Assembly: GCA_016217665.1 (NCBI GenBank)
Contig: JACRHF010000025.1
Coordinates: 1 to 41,847 of the forward strand
Direction of reading: 5' to 3'
Source of the DNA: Nitrospirota bacterium
Lineage (GTDB): Bacteria > Nitrospirota > 9FT-COMBO-42-15 > HDB-SIOI813
DNA: 41,847 bases
The number at the start of each line of letters is the position of its first letter. The first letter of the stretch is position 1. Both the position numbers and the translations under genes were made by a program. Positions 9,905 to 20,290 of the stretch are shown one piece after another. The notes beneath the pieces were generated by a model. It was not told the DNA's origin. It did not search any database and saw nothing but the letters and a program-made list of their open reading frames with translations.

Positions 9905-11278
9905 ATGTTAGCCCGGAAGGTCGCCGAGGTTTTCAACGAACCTGGCTGTGAACATAACAAACAGAAGTCGGAAAAAGACCGGAAGAAGGGATGCACCAGG
10001 TCGGCGAGGCCCGGTGCCGCCGGCGGCGGATGCGCCTTCGATGGGGCCAAGATCGCTCTTCAGCCGATCACCGACGCGGCCCATCTCGTCCACGGCCCGA
10101 TTGCCTGTGAAGGAAATTCTTGGGACAACCGGAGCGCCAAATCTTCGGGACCGCTCTTATACCGGACCGGTTTTACCACAGACATCAACGAAAACGACGT
10201 GATCATGGGGGGAGAAAAGCGCCTCTTCCGGTCGATCCGGGAGGTGATCAGGAAGTACCACCCTCCGGCGATCTTCGTCTATCAGACCTGTGTCACCGCC
10301 TTGATCGGCGACGATATCGAAGCGGTTTGCAAGGCGGCGGCGCGGGAATTCAACAGGCCGATCATCCCTGTGAATGTACCCGGATTCGTCGGGGGAAAGA
10401 ACCTGGGAAACAAGCTGGCTGGGGAGGCGCTGTTCGATTATGTCATCGGGACGATGGAGCCGGAATACACGACCCCGTACGACATCAGCATCATCGGCGA
10501 GTACAACCTCTCCGGGGAGCTCTGGCAGGTCAAGCCCCTTTTCGATCGCCTGGAAATTCGCATCCTCTCCTGCATCACCGGCGATGCCCGCTACCGCGAG
10601 GTCGCCTGGTCGCATCGCGCGAAGGCCGCAATAATGGTCTGCAGCAAGTCGATGATCAATATCGCCCGGAAGATGGAAGAGCGCTATGGGATTCCGTTTT
10701 TCGAGGGATCGTTCTACGGCATCTCCGATATGAGCGATTCGCTGCGGAATATCGCCCGTCTTCTTGTCCGGCAGGGGGCGCCGGAGGGGCTGATCGAAAA
10801 GACCGAAGGGCTGATCGCGGAAGAAGAAGCCCGGGCCTGGACACGCCTGGGAGAGTACAGGGAACGTCTCCAGGGGAAACGGGTACTTCTCATCACCGGC
10901 GGGGTCAAGTCCTGGTCGGTCGTCTCGGCCCTGCAGGAGAGCGGTATGGTCGTGGTGGGGACCAGCGTGAAGAAGAGCACGAAGGAGGACAGAGAACGGA
11001 TCACGGAGCTGATGGGCGAGGATGCCCACATGATCGAGAGCATCACCCCCAAGGAGATGTACTCCATGCTGAAGGATGCGCAGGCGGACATCCTGATGGC
11101 AGGGGGAAGGTCCCAGTTCGTGGCCCTGAAGGCCCGGATGCCCTTTCTCGATATCAACCAGGAGCGCCACCAAGCCTACGCGGGGTATGAGGGGATGGTG
11201 ACGCTGGTGGAAGAGATCGACAAGGCGATCCACAGTCCGATCTGGGAGCAGGTACGGAAGAAAGCGCCGTGGGAATAA
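9905..11278 (+). CDS. nifE: FeMo-cofactor scaffold subunit NifE
   Basis: EPGCEHN, GGCAFDGA, HGPIAC, GGVKSWS; ATG 9905 follows GGAGG. Confidence 0.98.
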   Translation: MLARKVAEVFNEPGCEHNKQKSEKDRKKGCTRSARPGAAGGGCAFDGAKIALQPITDAAHLVHGPIACEGNSWDNRSAKSSGPLLYRTGFTTDINENDVIMGGEKRLFRSIREVIRKYHPPAIFVYQTCVTALIGDDIEAVCKAAAREFNRPIIPVNVPGFVGGKNLGNKLAGEALFDYVIGTMEPEYTTPYDISIIGEYNLSGELWQVKPLFDRLEIRILSCITGDARYREVAWSHRAKAAIMVCSKSMINIARKMEERYGIPFFEGSFYGISDMSDSLRNIARLLVRQGAPEGLIEKTEGLIAEEEARAWTRLGEYRERLQGKRVLLITGGVKSWSVVSALQESGMVVVGTSVKKSTKEDRERITELMGEDAHMIESITPKEMYSMLKDAQADILMAGGRSQFVALKARMPFLDINQERHQAYAGYEGMVTLVEEIDKAIHSPIWEQVRKKAPWE

Positions 11279-11318
11279 TTTGTCTCCCTCCCCCGGCGGA
11301 GCCGTCGAAAGATAACTT

Positions 11319-12656
11319 ATGGCAATCGTCAACACATCCAACAAAGCCTGCACCGTCAACCCCCTGAAGCTGAGTCAACCCATCGGGGCGGCGCTGACCT
11401 TCCTGGGGATCAACCGGTCCATTCCGGTTCTGCATGGTTCCCAAGGGTGCACGTCCTTCGGTCTGGTCCTCTTTGTCCGTCATTTCCGGGAGATGATCCC
11501 GATGCAGACCACGGCCATGAACGAGGCGACCACGATCCTCGGCGGGACGGAAAATATCGAAGAGGCCCTTCTCACGCTTTATAAAAAGGCGTCACCGGAA
11601 ATCATCAGTCTTTGTACGACCGGTCTGACGGAGACGAAGGGGGAGGATATCGCCGGGGCCGTGAAGGAGATCCGGGGCCGTCATCCGGAGTTGAACCAGG
11701 TCGCCATTGTTCCGGTCTCCACTCCGGATTTTGTGGGGGCCTTCCAGGACGGTTGGTCGAAGGCGGTGGCCCGAATCGTGGAAGATCTGGCGGAAGGAGA
11801 GCCCGAAGTCTTTTCCGGCCGGGTCAACGTATTGGCTGGTCCCTCGCTGACCCCGGCCGACGTGGAAGAGATCGGCAGGATCGTCTCCTCATTCAATCTC
11901 CATCCCGTGATCCTCCCGGATCTTTCGGGATCGCTGGACGGCCACGTTCCGGAAGATTTTACCCCCACAAGCCTCGGCGGAACGAAACTCTCCGAAATCC
12001 GCTCGATGGGGATGTCGGAGATCACGCTGGCCATCGGGGAGTCGATGCGGCCCGCGGCCGAGACCCTGGAGAAAAAGTGCGGGGTCCCGTTCGTGGTCTT
12101 CGACCGTCTTACGGGGCTCGAGGCCAGCGACCGGTTTTTGGATCTCCTTCAACATCTGAGCGGGGAAGACGTTCCGCAAAAATATCGAGGACAGCGGAGC
12201 CGCCTGATGGACGCGATGCTGGACGGACACTTCTTTTTCGGAAAGAAGAAGGTGGCCATCGGCGCCGAGCCGGACCTTCTCTTCGCCCTGGCCTCCTTCC
12301 TGTCCGAAATGGGGAGCGATATCGAAGCCGCCGTGACAACCACAGGTTCTACAATTTTGAAAAAGATTCCGGCGGAAGAAGTCCTCATCGGGGATCTGGA
12401 GGATCTGGAAGAACGGGCCGTTGGGTGCGATCTTATGATCACGCATTCCCACGGACGTCAGGCGTCGGAACGGCTGGAGGTCCCGCTTTTCCGCGCCGGC
12501 ATTCCGACGTTTGACCGGCTGGGGACAGCGCATCAATTGAATGTAGGGTATCAGGGAACCATGCGGTTGATTTTCGAGGTGGGAAATATCTTCCTGGGAA
12601 GCAAGAAGGAAAATCACCCGGACACCTGGTCATTGTCAAATGCGGGAAGACTCTGA
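11319..12656 (+). CDS. nifN: FeMo-cofactor scaffold subunit NifN
   Basis: NPLKLSQPIGA, HGSQGCTSF, DAMLDGHF. Confidence 0.98.
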   Translation: MAIVNTSNKACTVNPLKLSQPIGAALTFLGINRSIPVLHGSQGCTSFGLVLFVRHFREMIPMQTTAMNEATTILGGTENIEEALLTLYKKASPEIISLCTTGLTETKGEDIAGAVKEIRGRHPELNQVAIVPVSTPDFVGAFQDGWSKAVARIVEDLAEGEPEVFSGRVNVLAGPSLTPADVEEIGRIVSSFNLHPVILPDLSGSLDGHVPEDFTPTSLGGTKLSEIRSMGMSEITLAIGESMRPAAETLEKKCGVPFVVFDRLTGLEASDRFLDLLQHLSGEDVPQKYRGQRSRLMDAMLDGHFFFGKKKVAIGAEPDLLFALASFLSEMGSDIEAAVTTTGSTILKKIPAEEVLIGDLEDLEERAVGCDLMITHSHGRQASERLEVPLFRAGIPTFDRLGTAHQLNVGYQGTMRLIFEVGNIFLGSKKENHPDTWSLSNAGRL

Positions 12657-12657
12657 A

Positions 12658-13056
12658 ATGAAAGTCGCCTTTGCCACACAGGACCTGGCCACGGCCAACG
12701 CGCATTTCGGCTGGGCCAGACACATTATGGTCTACGAGGTCACGCCGGACGCCTTCACGCACGTGAAGACGTACAATTTCGCCGGTAATCTTCAGGAAGA
12801 CGGGGACGAAGACAAGCTGATCCCCAAGCTGAAGGCCGTTAAGGATTGCGCCATTCTCTACGTGGCGGCCATCGGCGCCTCCGGGGCGGCCCGTGTCGTG
12901 GCCCAGAAGGTCCACCCGCTGAAGGTGAAGGAGTCGGAGCCGATCGTAAAGCTTCTCGAAAAACTCCAGGCGGTGCTCGGCGGGACCCCGCCCCCATGGC
13001 TTCGAAAGGCGATGCAGAAAGGACAGGAACGGGTGTTGGACTTCGAGGAGGACTAA
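12658..13056 (+). CDS. nifX: FeMo-co precursor carrier NifX
   Basis: MKVAFATQD…[16 protein letters not shown]; alternative start at 12640. Confidence 0.95.
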   Translation: MKVAFATQDLATANAHFGWARHIMVYEVTPDAFTHVKTYNFAGNLQEDGDEDKLIPKLKAVKDCAILYVAAIGASGAARVVAQKVHPLKVKESEPIVKLLEKLQAVLGGTPPPWLRKAMQKGQERVLDFEED

Positions 13057-13057
13057 C

Positions 13058-13570
13058 ATGGCGATGGAAGAACAAAAAACACCAACGGCAGGTGAGGCAT
13101 CGCTCCGCTCCGCCCAACAAACTCCCGACCCGATGGAGTCGGTTTTCATCAAGGAACTCGTTAAACAGTTCCGGGCCCAGGATGCGCATGGAGCCTGGGA
13201 TAAAAAGTCCGACCGGCAATTGATCGAACCATTGATCGTGGACAAGGAGAAACGGAAGACGATCCCGGTCGTCGGCGATCCCCATCCGGAGGTCTTGTGG
13301 CGGGTGGAGCTTTTTTACAATGCCGTCGGCATGACCATCGAACGACAGACCGGGATCATGGTTTCGCCGATGCTGAAGATGCATCACGAGGGGTTCGGGC
13401 GGATAGTCCTGACCGCCGGAAGACTGATTGTCGTTAACAAGTTCCTGCGGGACATCCACCGGTTCGGTTTCCCGACGATCGAGAAGATGGCGGAAGAAGG
13501 GGAGAAACTGGTAGCCACGGGAGTGGACATGATCGAAAAGTTCCCCGAGGCGGCCCAGCATGGGGAGTGA
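13058..13570 (+). CDS. NifX-associated nitrogen fixation protein (DUF269)
   Basis: [25 protein letters not shown]. Confidence 0.92.
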   Translation: MAMEEQKTPTAGEASLRSAQQTPDPMESVFIKELVKQFRAQDAHGAWDKKSDRQLIEPLIVDKEKRKTIPVVGDPHPEVLWRVELFYNAVGMTIERQTGIMVSPMLKMHHEGFGRIVLTAGRLIVVNKFLRDIHRFGFPTIEKMAEEGEKLVATGVDMIEKFPEAAQHGE

Positions 13571-13591
13571 TTCATAGAAGGCGAGGTGAAC

Positions 13592-15109
13592 ATGGAACTG
13601 CCGATTCTGAACAATGCAAGCGCTCCGGACCCTACGGCGGGATGCAAGGCCAGGGGGAGTTGCGGCGACAGCCGCGACCCCGGGGATATGAACCCGGAGA
13701 CCTGGGAGAAGGTCAAGAACCACCCCTGCTACAGTGAGGAGGCCCATCACCACTACGCCCGGATGCACGTGGCCGTGGCGCCGGCCTGCAACATCCAGTG
13801 CCATTACTGCAACCGCAAGTACGATTGTGCCAATGAGAGCCGGCCCGGGGTGGTCAGCGAGCGGTTGACTCCTGAAGATGTGGTCAAGAAGGTTTTGGCC
13901 GTGGCCAGCGCCATCCCCCAGATGACGGTCATGGGAATTGCGGGCCCCGGAGATCCCCTGGCCAATCCCGACAAAACCTTCCGCACCTTCGAGCTGATCG
14001 CGGAGAAGGCCCCGGATATCAAGCTCTGTCTCTCCACCAATGGCCTGGCCCTCCCGGATTACGTGGACCGGATCAAGGCCCTGAATGTTGACCATGTGAC
14101 AATCACCATCAACATGATCGATCCGGAAGTAGGGGAGAGGATATATCCCTGGGTCTTTTACAAGCATAAGCGGTGGAAGGGGCGGGAGGCCTCCAGGATC
14201 TTAAGCGAGCGCCAGTTAGAGGGGCTTGACCTGCTTATGGCCAACGGCATCCTCTGCAAGGTGAACTCGGTGATGATCCCGGGGGTGAATGACGAACATC
14301 TGGTGGAGGTGAACAAGAAGGTCAAGTCGTTGGGGGCCTTCCTCCACAACATCATGCCGCTGGTCTCCGCTCCGGAACACGGAACCTATTACGGACTCAA
14401 CGGCCAGCGGGGACCGACCGCCAGGGAACTCAAGGCGTTGCAGGACAAGTGCGAAGTCCGGATGAATATGATGCGCCATTGCCGCCAGTGCCGGGCCGAC
14501 GCGGTGGGACTCCTCGGGGAAGACCGGAGTCATGAGTTTACTCTGGAAAAGATCCACGAGATGGACGTGGAATACGATCTCGAAAAGCGCCGGGCCTATC
14601 AGTTGGAGGTGGAGGCAAAGCGGCTGGAGACCCGCGCGACCAGGGAAGAGGGGCTGAAGGCAATGAAGGACGTTCAGACTGACCTGAAGATCCTCATCGC
14701 CATCGCCACGAAGGGCGAAGGGAAGGTCAACGAGCACTTCGGTCACGCCCGGGAGTTCCAAATCTACGAGGTCAGCCGCAAAGGGTGCAAGTTCGTCGGC
14801 CATCGCCGCGTGGATATGTATTGCCAGGGGGGTTGGGGAGAAGAGGACACCCTGGACACGGTGATCAAGGCGATCGTCGATTGCACGGCGGTCTTTGTCT
14901 CCAAGGTTGGGCGTTGTCCGCGGAAAACCCTCCATGCCGCCGGGATCGAACCGGTCGATCAGTACGCGTTCGATTTCATCGAAAAGTCGGCGCTGACCTA
15001 CTTCAAGGAATATGCGGAGAAGGTCCGGAAGGGAGAGATCGTCCATCAGGATCGGGGGGAGGCCTCGATCCGGACAGGGGCGATAGTTCCGGTTCCAATG
15101 GGAGGCTGA
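13592..15109 (+). CDS. nifB: Radical SAM NifB with C-terminal NifX-like domain
   Basis: [34 protein letters not shown]-terminal VNEHFGHA. Confidence 0.99.
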   Translation: MELPILNNASAPDPTAGCKARGSCGDSRDPGDMNPETWEKVKNHPCYSEEAHHHYARMHVAVAPACNIQCHYCNRKYDCANESRPGVVSERLTPEDVVKKVLAVASAIPQMTVMGIAGPGDPLANPDKTFRTFELIAEKAPDIKLCLSTNGLALPDYVDRIKALNVDHVTITINMIDPEVGERIYPWVFYKHKRWKGREASRILSERQLEGLDLLMANGILCKVNSVMIPGVNDEHLVEVNKKVKSLGAFLHNIMPLVSAPEHGTYYGLNGQRGPTARELKALQDKCEVRMNMMRHCRQCRADAVGLLGEDRSHEFTLEKIHEMDVEYDLEKRRAYQLEVEAKRLETRATREEGLKAMKDVQTDLKILIAIATKGEGKVNEHFGHAREFQIYEVSRKGCKFVGHRRVDMYCQGGWGEEDTLDTVIKAIVDCTAVFVSKVGRCPRKTLHAAGIEPVDQYAFDFIEKSALTYFKEYAEKVRKGEIVHQDRGEASIRTGAIVPVPMGG

Positions 15110-15196
15110 ACCTTAGTCCTGATCCCGGACACGCGGAGACGAAGGAAGAACTGAAGGCCAAGAGAGAATGTCTTCATGCCCTGGAGGGAAGAAGTG

Positions 15197-15463
15197 ATGC
15201 GCAAGGAGGATGTCGTCGAGTTGGAGGACCCTCCCCGTTTCGATTACGGGGTGAAGGTCTGTTCCCGGAAGGTGATCCGAAACGACGGGACATTTCCCGG
15301 CCGTCAGGTGGGTGATGTCTTAGTCGATAAAGGGGAAGTCGGATACGTCGCAAGCATCGGAACCTTCCTTCAGCAGTTCTACATTTACGGGGTCTATTTC
15401 CAGGAAAGAGGTTATTTCGTGGGGTGCAGGGCCAAGGAACTGGATCCGGTGGACGAGGAATGA
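15197..15463 (+). CDS. nifZ: NifZ
   Basis: IRNDGTFPG…GYVASIGTFLQ…VGCRAKEL. Confidence 0.95.
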   Translation: MRKEDVVELEDPPRFDYGVKVCSRKVIRNDGTFPGRQVGDVLVDKGEVGYVASIGTFLQQFYIYGVYFQERGYFVGCRAKELDPVDEE

Positions 15464-15467
15464 GGTT

Positions 15468-15785
15468 ATGAGCGATCTCTGGGGGCGGTTCGATAAACTG
15501 GTGAACGCGGAAGACTTTCTCGACTTTTTCGAGATCCCATACGATTCCTGGGTGGTCGATGTCAACCGGCTTCATGTTCTGAAGAAGTTTTCCCTCTACA
15601 AACAAGAAATCGACCGGGAGGATTCCGGGATGACATCCGAGGAGCGATTTGCCCGTTACCGGGAGGCTATGCGGAAGGCCTACGAGACCTTTCTCACCTC
15701 GACGGCCCCGGAGCAGCGGCTCTTCAAGGTCTTTCAGCAGACTCCACTGGGACTGGTGACGATCGGGATCTCCCGAAAGGTGTGA
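15468..15785 (+). CDS. nifW: NifW
   Basis: AEDFLDFFEIPYD…VNRLHVLKKF…LFKVFQ. Confidence 0.93.
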   Translation: MSDLWGRFDKLVNAEDFLDFFEIPYDSWVVDVNRLHVLKKFSLYKQEIDREDSGMTSEERFARYREAMRKAYETFLTSTAPEQRLFKVFQQTPLGLVTIGISRKV

Positions 15786-15819
15786 TTTGAGTAGAGGTTT
15801 GGGCAATGGAGGAGGTAAT

Positions 15820-16029
15820 GTGAAAGTCATGATCCGTAAAAATTCAGAGGGGGTCTTCTCGGTTTATGTGGCCAAGAAGGACCTGGAGGAGCCGATCGTG
15901 GCGATGGAAAAGGACGACCTCTGGGGCGGGATGGTGACGCTGGCGAACGGCTGGCGTCTGGAACTCCCGGCTATGGCGCCGGACACGCGGCTTCCCATCA
16001 CGGTGGAGGTCCGGCGTGTGGCTGAGTGA
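15820..16029 (+). CDS. nifT: NifT/FixU
   Basis: MKVMIRK…YVAKKDLEE…WGG…LANGW…LPITV; GTG start after GGAGG. Confidence 0.93.
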   Translation: MKVMIRKNSEGVFSVYVAKKDLEEPIVAMEKDDLWGGMVTLANGWRLELPAMAPDTRLPITVEVRRVAE

Positions 16030-16050
16030 TAGTGATAAGGAGTGTATGAG

Positions 16051-16365
16051 ATGAGCGCTGTGGAAGTGGTCACCGGAATCACACAAGGCGGCAAGGTCTG
16101 GTTCCCGCAATTCGTCCAGAGCATCGATACCTCGAAGTGTATCGGTTGTGGCCGGTGCTTCAGGGTCTGCGGCCGTGATGTGATGCGGCTGGTGGCTGTG
16201 GACGAGGACGGGACGTTGATTGAGATCGAAGATGAGGACGAGGAGTGCGAAAAGAAGGTGATGACCCTGCCCCATCCGGAGAACTGCATCGGGTGCGAGG
16301 CCTGTTTCCGGGTCTGCCCGAAACAATGCTACACCCACGGCCCCGTGCCGGCCGCGGGAACCTGA
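16051..16365 (+). CDS. fdxB: nif-specific 2[4Fe-4S] ferredoxin III
   Basis: [11 protein letters not shown] and [12 protein letters not shown] with an acidic spacer. Confidence 0.92.
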   Translation: MSAVEVVTGITQGGKVWFPQFVQSIDTSKCIGCGRCFRVCGRDVMRLVAVDEDGTLIEIEDEDEECEKKVMTLPHPENCIGCEACFRVCPKQCYTHGPVPAAGT

Positions 16366-16386
16366 GGAGAAGTGGAGGAGAATCGG

Positions 16387-16704
16387 ATGAAGATGGTACG
16401 AGCCATTATCCGCCCGGAGAAAGAGCAGGAGGTGGTCCTGGCCCTGGAGGGGGCCGGATTCCCTGCTGTCACCAAGTCCCATGTCTTCGGGCGGGGCAAA
16501 CAGAAGGGACTTCAGGTGGGGATCGTTCATTATGATGAGCTTCCCAAGCTGGTCCTCATGATGGTGGTGGAGGATCGAGATGTGGAAAGGGTGGTCCAGT
16601 TGATTTTAAAAACGGCCCATACGGGCAGCATCGGTGATGGGAAAATCTTTGTGAGCCCCATCGAGCAGGCCTACACTATCAGGACCGGGAAACAGGAGTT
16701 GTGA
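16387..16704 (+). CDS. nifI1: P-II family nitrogen regulator, NifI1-like
   Basis: RAIIRPEK…FGRGKQKG…YDELPK…GDGKIFVSP; short T-loop. Confidence 0.85.
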   Translation: MKMVRAIIRPEKEQEVVLALEGAGFPAVTKSHVFGRGKQKGLQVGIVHYDELPKLVLMMVVEDRDVERVVQLILKTAHTGSIGDGKIFVSPIEQAYTIRTGKQEL

Positions 16705-16706
16705 CA

Positions 16707-17126
16707 ATGAAAGAGATCATCGCGATTATTCGCCGGGACAAGCTCCCTGCAACCAAGAAAGCCCTGGATGGAATCGGCTGTTCGGGCATGACGATCTACA
16801 GTGTGGAAGGGCGGGGAAAGCAAAAAGGGAGGCTTTCAGAGATTGACCCGGAGATTCCGGAGCATTACGAAGGTGTTTCACGGATTATGATTCGACCGAC
16901 CCCTTCGGTCTATGCCCTGGGGCATCAGATCACCAAACCGGTCCTATATGTCCCCAAGCGGATGCTTCGGATCGTTGTCCCGGATGACCGAGTCAGCCTG
17001 GTGATCGATACCCTGATCCGGGTCAATCAGACAGGAGTCCACGGGGACGGCAAGATCTTTGTGGCCCCGGTGGAGGAGACCTGGCAGATTCGGACGTCAC
17101 AATCCGGAGAGGAGATACTGCAATGA
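16707..17126 (+). CDS. nifI2: P-II family nitrogen regulator, NifI2-like (long T-loop)
   Basis: MKEIIAIIR…TKKAL…GRGKQKG…PKRML…NQTG…GDGKIFV. Confidence 0.85.
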   Translation: MKEIIAIIRRDKLPATKKALDGIGCSGMTIYSVEGRGKQKGRLSEIDPEIPEHYEGVSRIMIRPTPSVYALGHQITKPVLYVPKRMLRIVVPDDRVSLVIDTLIRVNQTGVHGDGKIFVAPVEETWQIRTSQSGEEILQ

Positions 17127-17338
17127 CAGAGACAATCACTCTCGATGAATTGAAGGCCCGGGTGAAGCGCCTCAGCTCCGAGGCGGGACGGTTGAAAATG
17201 GACCTGCATGACTTGGCCGAGGATCTGCCCAACGGATGGGAGAAAATTATGGAGGTGGCCCAGAGGACTTACCAGAAGTATGCTGAGCTGATGGCGGCAA
17301 GGCAACGACTGGTGAAGATGGAAAAGGCAGGCGGATGA
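17123..17338 (+). CDS. CCE_0567/Rop-like nif-associated protein (DUF683)
   Basis: KMDLHDLAEDLPNGW. Confidence 0.88.
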   Translation: MTETITLDELKARVKRLSSEAGRLKMDLHDLAEDLPNGWEKIMEVAQRTYQKYAELMAARQRLVKMEKAGG

Positions 17339-17589
17339 TTGAATGGGTGGAGAAGATAATTGAGGTCCTGGATGAGATCCGCCCCGATCTGATCGCGGAG
17401 GGTGGAGATGTCAGGCTGGCCGGTCTCGAAGAAGGGGTGGTCTATGTACGCATGGTGGGTCCGTTCACGGCATGGTGTCAGACCAAGCGCAGGGTGCTGA
17501 GGGACGTTGAACGGGTTTTGAAAGCAAGGGTTCCCTGGATTGAACGGATCGAGGCTGTCTGTCCGCCGCCGGGATCTCAGGCTCAATGA
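17335..17589 (+). CDS. NifU C-terminal (Nfu)-like domain protein with a degenerate CxxC
   Basis: VLDEIRPDLIAEGGDV…VYVRMVG; GPFTAWC replaces the usual GACxxC. Confidence 0.8.
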   Translation: MIEWVEKIIEVLDEIRPDLIAEGGDVRLAGLEEGVVYVRMVGPFTAWCQTKRRVLRDVERVLKARVPWIERIEAVCPPPGSQAQ

Positions 17590-17598
17590 GGGTTTGTG

Positions 17599-18354
17599 AT
17601 GAATTCCGTAGCGGTTCGATATTTTGGCCACTCCTGTTTCGAGGTGACCTCGCAGGAAGGAGTTCGCTTGCTGATCGATCCGCATATAACGGGGAACCCT
17701 GCTTCTCCCCTGGGGCTGGAGGAGCTGGATCCGCCCGACCTGATCCTGGTGACCCATGCGGCCCCGGATCACCTGGGAGACACATTGGAGATTGTCAGAC
17801 AATCCGGGTGCCGCGTTTTCTGCGATCCTGCGGTGGATTATTACCTGAAGAGCCGAAAGATACCCCCGGTCCAAGTGCAACGGATGGTCTGGGGATTCCA
17901 TGTGCCGTTTCGGGGGATTCGGATCCGGGCAGTGGAGAGCCGGCACCACTCCACTCTCCGGTGGGATGGCCCGCCGGTGACCGGGATACCCCTGGGATTT
18001 ATGATCACCCTGGAATCGGGTCAGACCCTCTATCATGCTGGCGACACCTCTATTTTTGGCGACCTGAGGCTCTTTGGCGAGATCTACCGGCCAGAGGTGG
18101 CATTCCTTCCGGTGGGGAACTATCCTGGCTCCCATGCCGAGCTTTCCCCGGAGGAGGCGGCCCTGGCAGCGGCTTGGCTGGGAGTGAAGTGGGCCATCCC
18201 GATGCATTATGAGAAGGGATCAGATGCACCCTATCGTTTTGTGAATCAAGTGGCACACAAAGCACCGGGGGTCCAGGTGGTGTTGATAGAACCTGGAGAG
18301 CAGGTGATGATCGGGAGCGACCTGAAGCAGCATGAGGTGAGGATCGCAAGATGA
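17599..18354 (+). CDS. Metallo-beta-lactamase-fold hydrolase (UPF0173/UlaG-like)
   Basis: GHSCF, LIDP, THAAPDH, YHAGDT, IPMHY. Confidence 0.88.
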   Translation: MNSVAVRYFGHSCFEVTSQEGVRLLIDPHITGNPASPLGLEELDPPDLILVTHAAPDHLGDTLEIVRQSGCRVFCDPAVDYYLKSRKIPPVQVQRMVWGFHVPFRGIRIRAVESRHHSTLRWDGPPVTGIPLGFMITLESGQTLYHAGDTSIFGDLRLFGEIYRPEVAFLPVGNYPGSHAELSPEEAALAAAWLGVKWAIPMHYEKGSDAPYRFVNQVAHKAPGVQVVLIEPGEQVMIGSDLKQHEVRIAR

Positions 18355-19517
18355 TCAGAAAAGTATTTATCGACGATACCACACTCCGGGATGGGGAACA
18401 GGCCGCTGAAGTTTCCTTCACCCTGGAAGAGAAGCTTCAGATCGCCCGGATGCTGGATGAAATCGGGGTGGACCAGATTGAGGCCGGGACTCCAGCCATG
18501 GGAGGAGAAGAGCAAGAGGCCATCCGGGCCATTGCGGCGTCAGGGCTCCGGGCAGGCGTACTGGCCTGGTGCCGGGCGACCCAGTCGGATATTGACGCGG
18601 CACTGGCCTGTGGGGTGAAAGGGGTGAACATCTCCCTTCCGGTTTCTGACATCCATATCCAGCATAAACTCCAAAAGACACGTGCTTGGGTGCTGGCACA
18701 ACTGCGGTGGGCCCTTTCCTATGCCAAACGGCACGGCCTCTATGTCTCGGTGGGCGCGGAGGATGCCTCTCGGGCCGACAGGAGATTTCTCGCCCTGTAT
18801 GGGCGGATAGCTGCCGATCATGGGGCTGACCGGTTACGCTATTGTGACACAGTCGGCGTTCTGGATCCCTTTACAACCTATGAGGCTATCCGTGCTCTGA
18901 AGGAGCAGGTTGGGATCTCCCTTGAGATTCATACCCACAACGACTTCGGCCTGGCGACGGCCAATGCCCTGGCGGCGGTGAAGGCAGGAGCCAGCTATGT
19001 GAATACCACTATCAACGGTCTTGGCGAGCGGGCTGGCAATGCTGCCCTGGAAGAGGTTGTGATGGCCCTTGAGCATCTCGATGGGATTTCCCGTCTTGTA
19101 AAAACGGAAGGGCTGGTCTCCCTTTGCCAAGAGGTGGCTCGAGCTTCTGGTTCCCCCATTCCTCCCTGGAAGGCCATTATAGGCCGCAATGCTTTCGCCC
19201 ACGAGTCTGGCATCCACGTGGACGGACTTCTGAAAGCCCGGCAGACCTATGAGGCTTTTGATCCGAAAGATCTGGGGTTGAACCACCGGATTGTGATCGG
19301 GAAACACTCGGGGACCCACGCCGTCCGGTTCTATTTCGCCCGGCTGGGGATCTTCCTGACCGAGGCGGAATCCCGGGCCCTGCTGGAGCCGATCCGGCGA
19401 CTGGCCTCGCTCCGGAAACGTTCTCTCTCCGCGGATGAGCTGCGGGGAATTTACGAAGGGGTTCCGGGGACTTCGAGCAAAAGCGAAGGAGGAAACCTGC
19501 ATTGGAAGATCTCCTGA
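18351..19517 (+). CDS. nifV: Homocitrate synthase
   Basis: DTTLRDGEQ, HTHNDFGLATAN, GLGERAGN, HESGIHVDG, GKHSG. Confidence 0.95.
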   Translation: MIRKVFIDDTTLRDGEQAAEVSFTLEEKLQIARMLDEIGVDQIEAGTPAMGGEEQEAIRAIAASGLRAGVLAWCRATQSDIDAALACGVKGVNISLPVSDIHIQHKLQKTRAWVLAQLRWALSYAKRHGLYVSVGAEDASRADRRFLALYGRIAADHGADRLRYCDTVGVLDPFTTYEAIRALKEQVGISLEIHTHNDFGLATANALAAVKAGASYVNTTINGLGERAGNAALEEVVMALEHLDGISRLVKTEGLVSLCQEVARASGSPIPPWKAIIGRNAFAHESGIHVDGLLKARQTYEAFDPKDLGLNHRIVIGKHSGTHAVRFYFARLGIFLTEAESRALLEPIRRLASLRKRSLSADELRGIYEGVPGTSSKSEGGNLHWKIS

Positions 19518-20290
19518 TCGATCGAGCGTCGTCCGCCAAATCAGTCCTCCTTTCGGACCCCGGCCATTCCCGGTATCGGCGGCAGCTTCTGTTGAAAGGG
19601 ATCGGCCCGGAAGGGCAGGAGAAGCTCCGGCGGGCCACCGTGCTGGTGGCGGGGGTCGGGGGGCTCGGCGGCGCCGTTGCTCTCTATCTGGCGGCGGGTG
19701 TGGGCAGACTCGTTCTCGTCCATGCCGGGCCGATCGACCTGCCTGACCTCAACCGTCAGATCCTGATGACAGACGCGGGGATCGGCCGGAGCAGGGTACA
19801 TGTCGCCCGCGAGACCCTCCATCGGTTCAATCCGGAGGTCCGTGTGGACGTGGTGGATGATCGATCGCACGAAGGGAATATCAGCGATCTCCTCCAGGAG
19901 GCCGACCTATCGGTCAGTTGCCGCTACAACTTCGAAGAACGGGATCTCCTTAACAGGGCCTCGGTCACTTCCGGAAAGCCGGTGGTGGAGGCAGCCATGT
20001 ACGGGATGGAGTTCTATCTGACGACCTTGATTCCAGGCGCAACTCCTTGTTTGCGATGCATCTACCCGGAGTTTCCCTCCTGGGACCCGTTGGGGTTCCC
20101 GGTCCTCGGGGCGGTCTCCGGAACCCTGGGCTGCCTGGCAGCGGCCGAAGCGGTTAAACTCATCACCGGAATGGGTCAACCTCTTCGAGGCACGCTCCTT
20201 TACGGGGATCTCTCGGACATGACCTTCCGGAAGTTCCGGGTCAAAAGGCAACCCGGCTGTTTCGTGTGCGGAGACGGTGATGGAATATGA
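19502..20290 (+). CDS. hesA: HesA/MoeB/ThiF family adenylyltransferase
   Basis: RYRRQ, GVGGLG, DLNRQILM, PCLRC, C-terminal CFVC; located in a nif cluster. Confidence 0.85.
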   Translation: MEDLLIDRASSAKSVLLSDPGHSRYRRQLLLKGIGPEGQEKLRRATVLVAGVGGLGGAVALYLAAGVGRLVLVHAGPIDLPDLNRQILMTDAGIGRSRVHVARETLHRFNPEVRVDVVDDRSHEGNISDLLQEADLSVSCRYNFEERDLLNRASVTSGKPVVEAAMYGMEFYLTTLIPGATPCLRCIYPEFPSWDPLGFPVLGAVSGTLGCLAAAEAVKLITGMGQPLRGTLLYGDLSDMTFRKFRVKRQPGCFVCGDGDGI

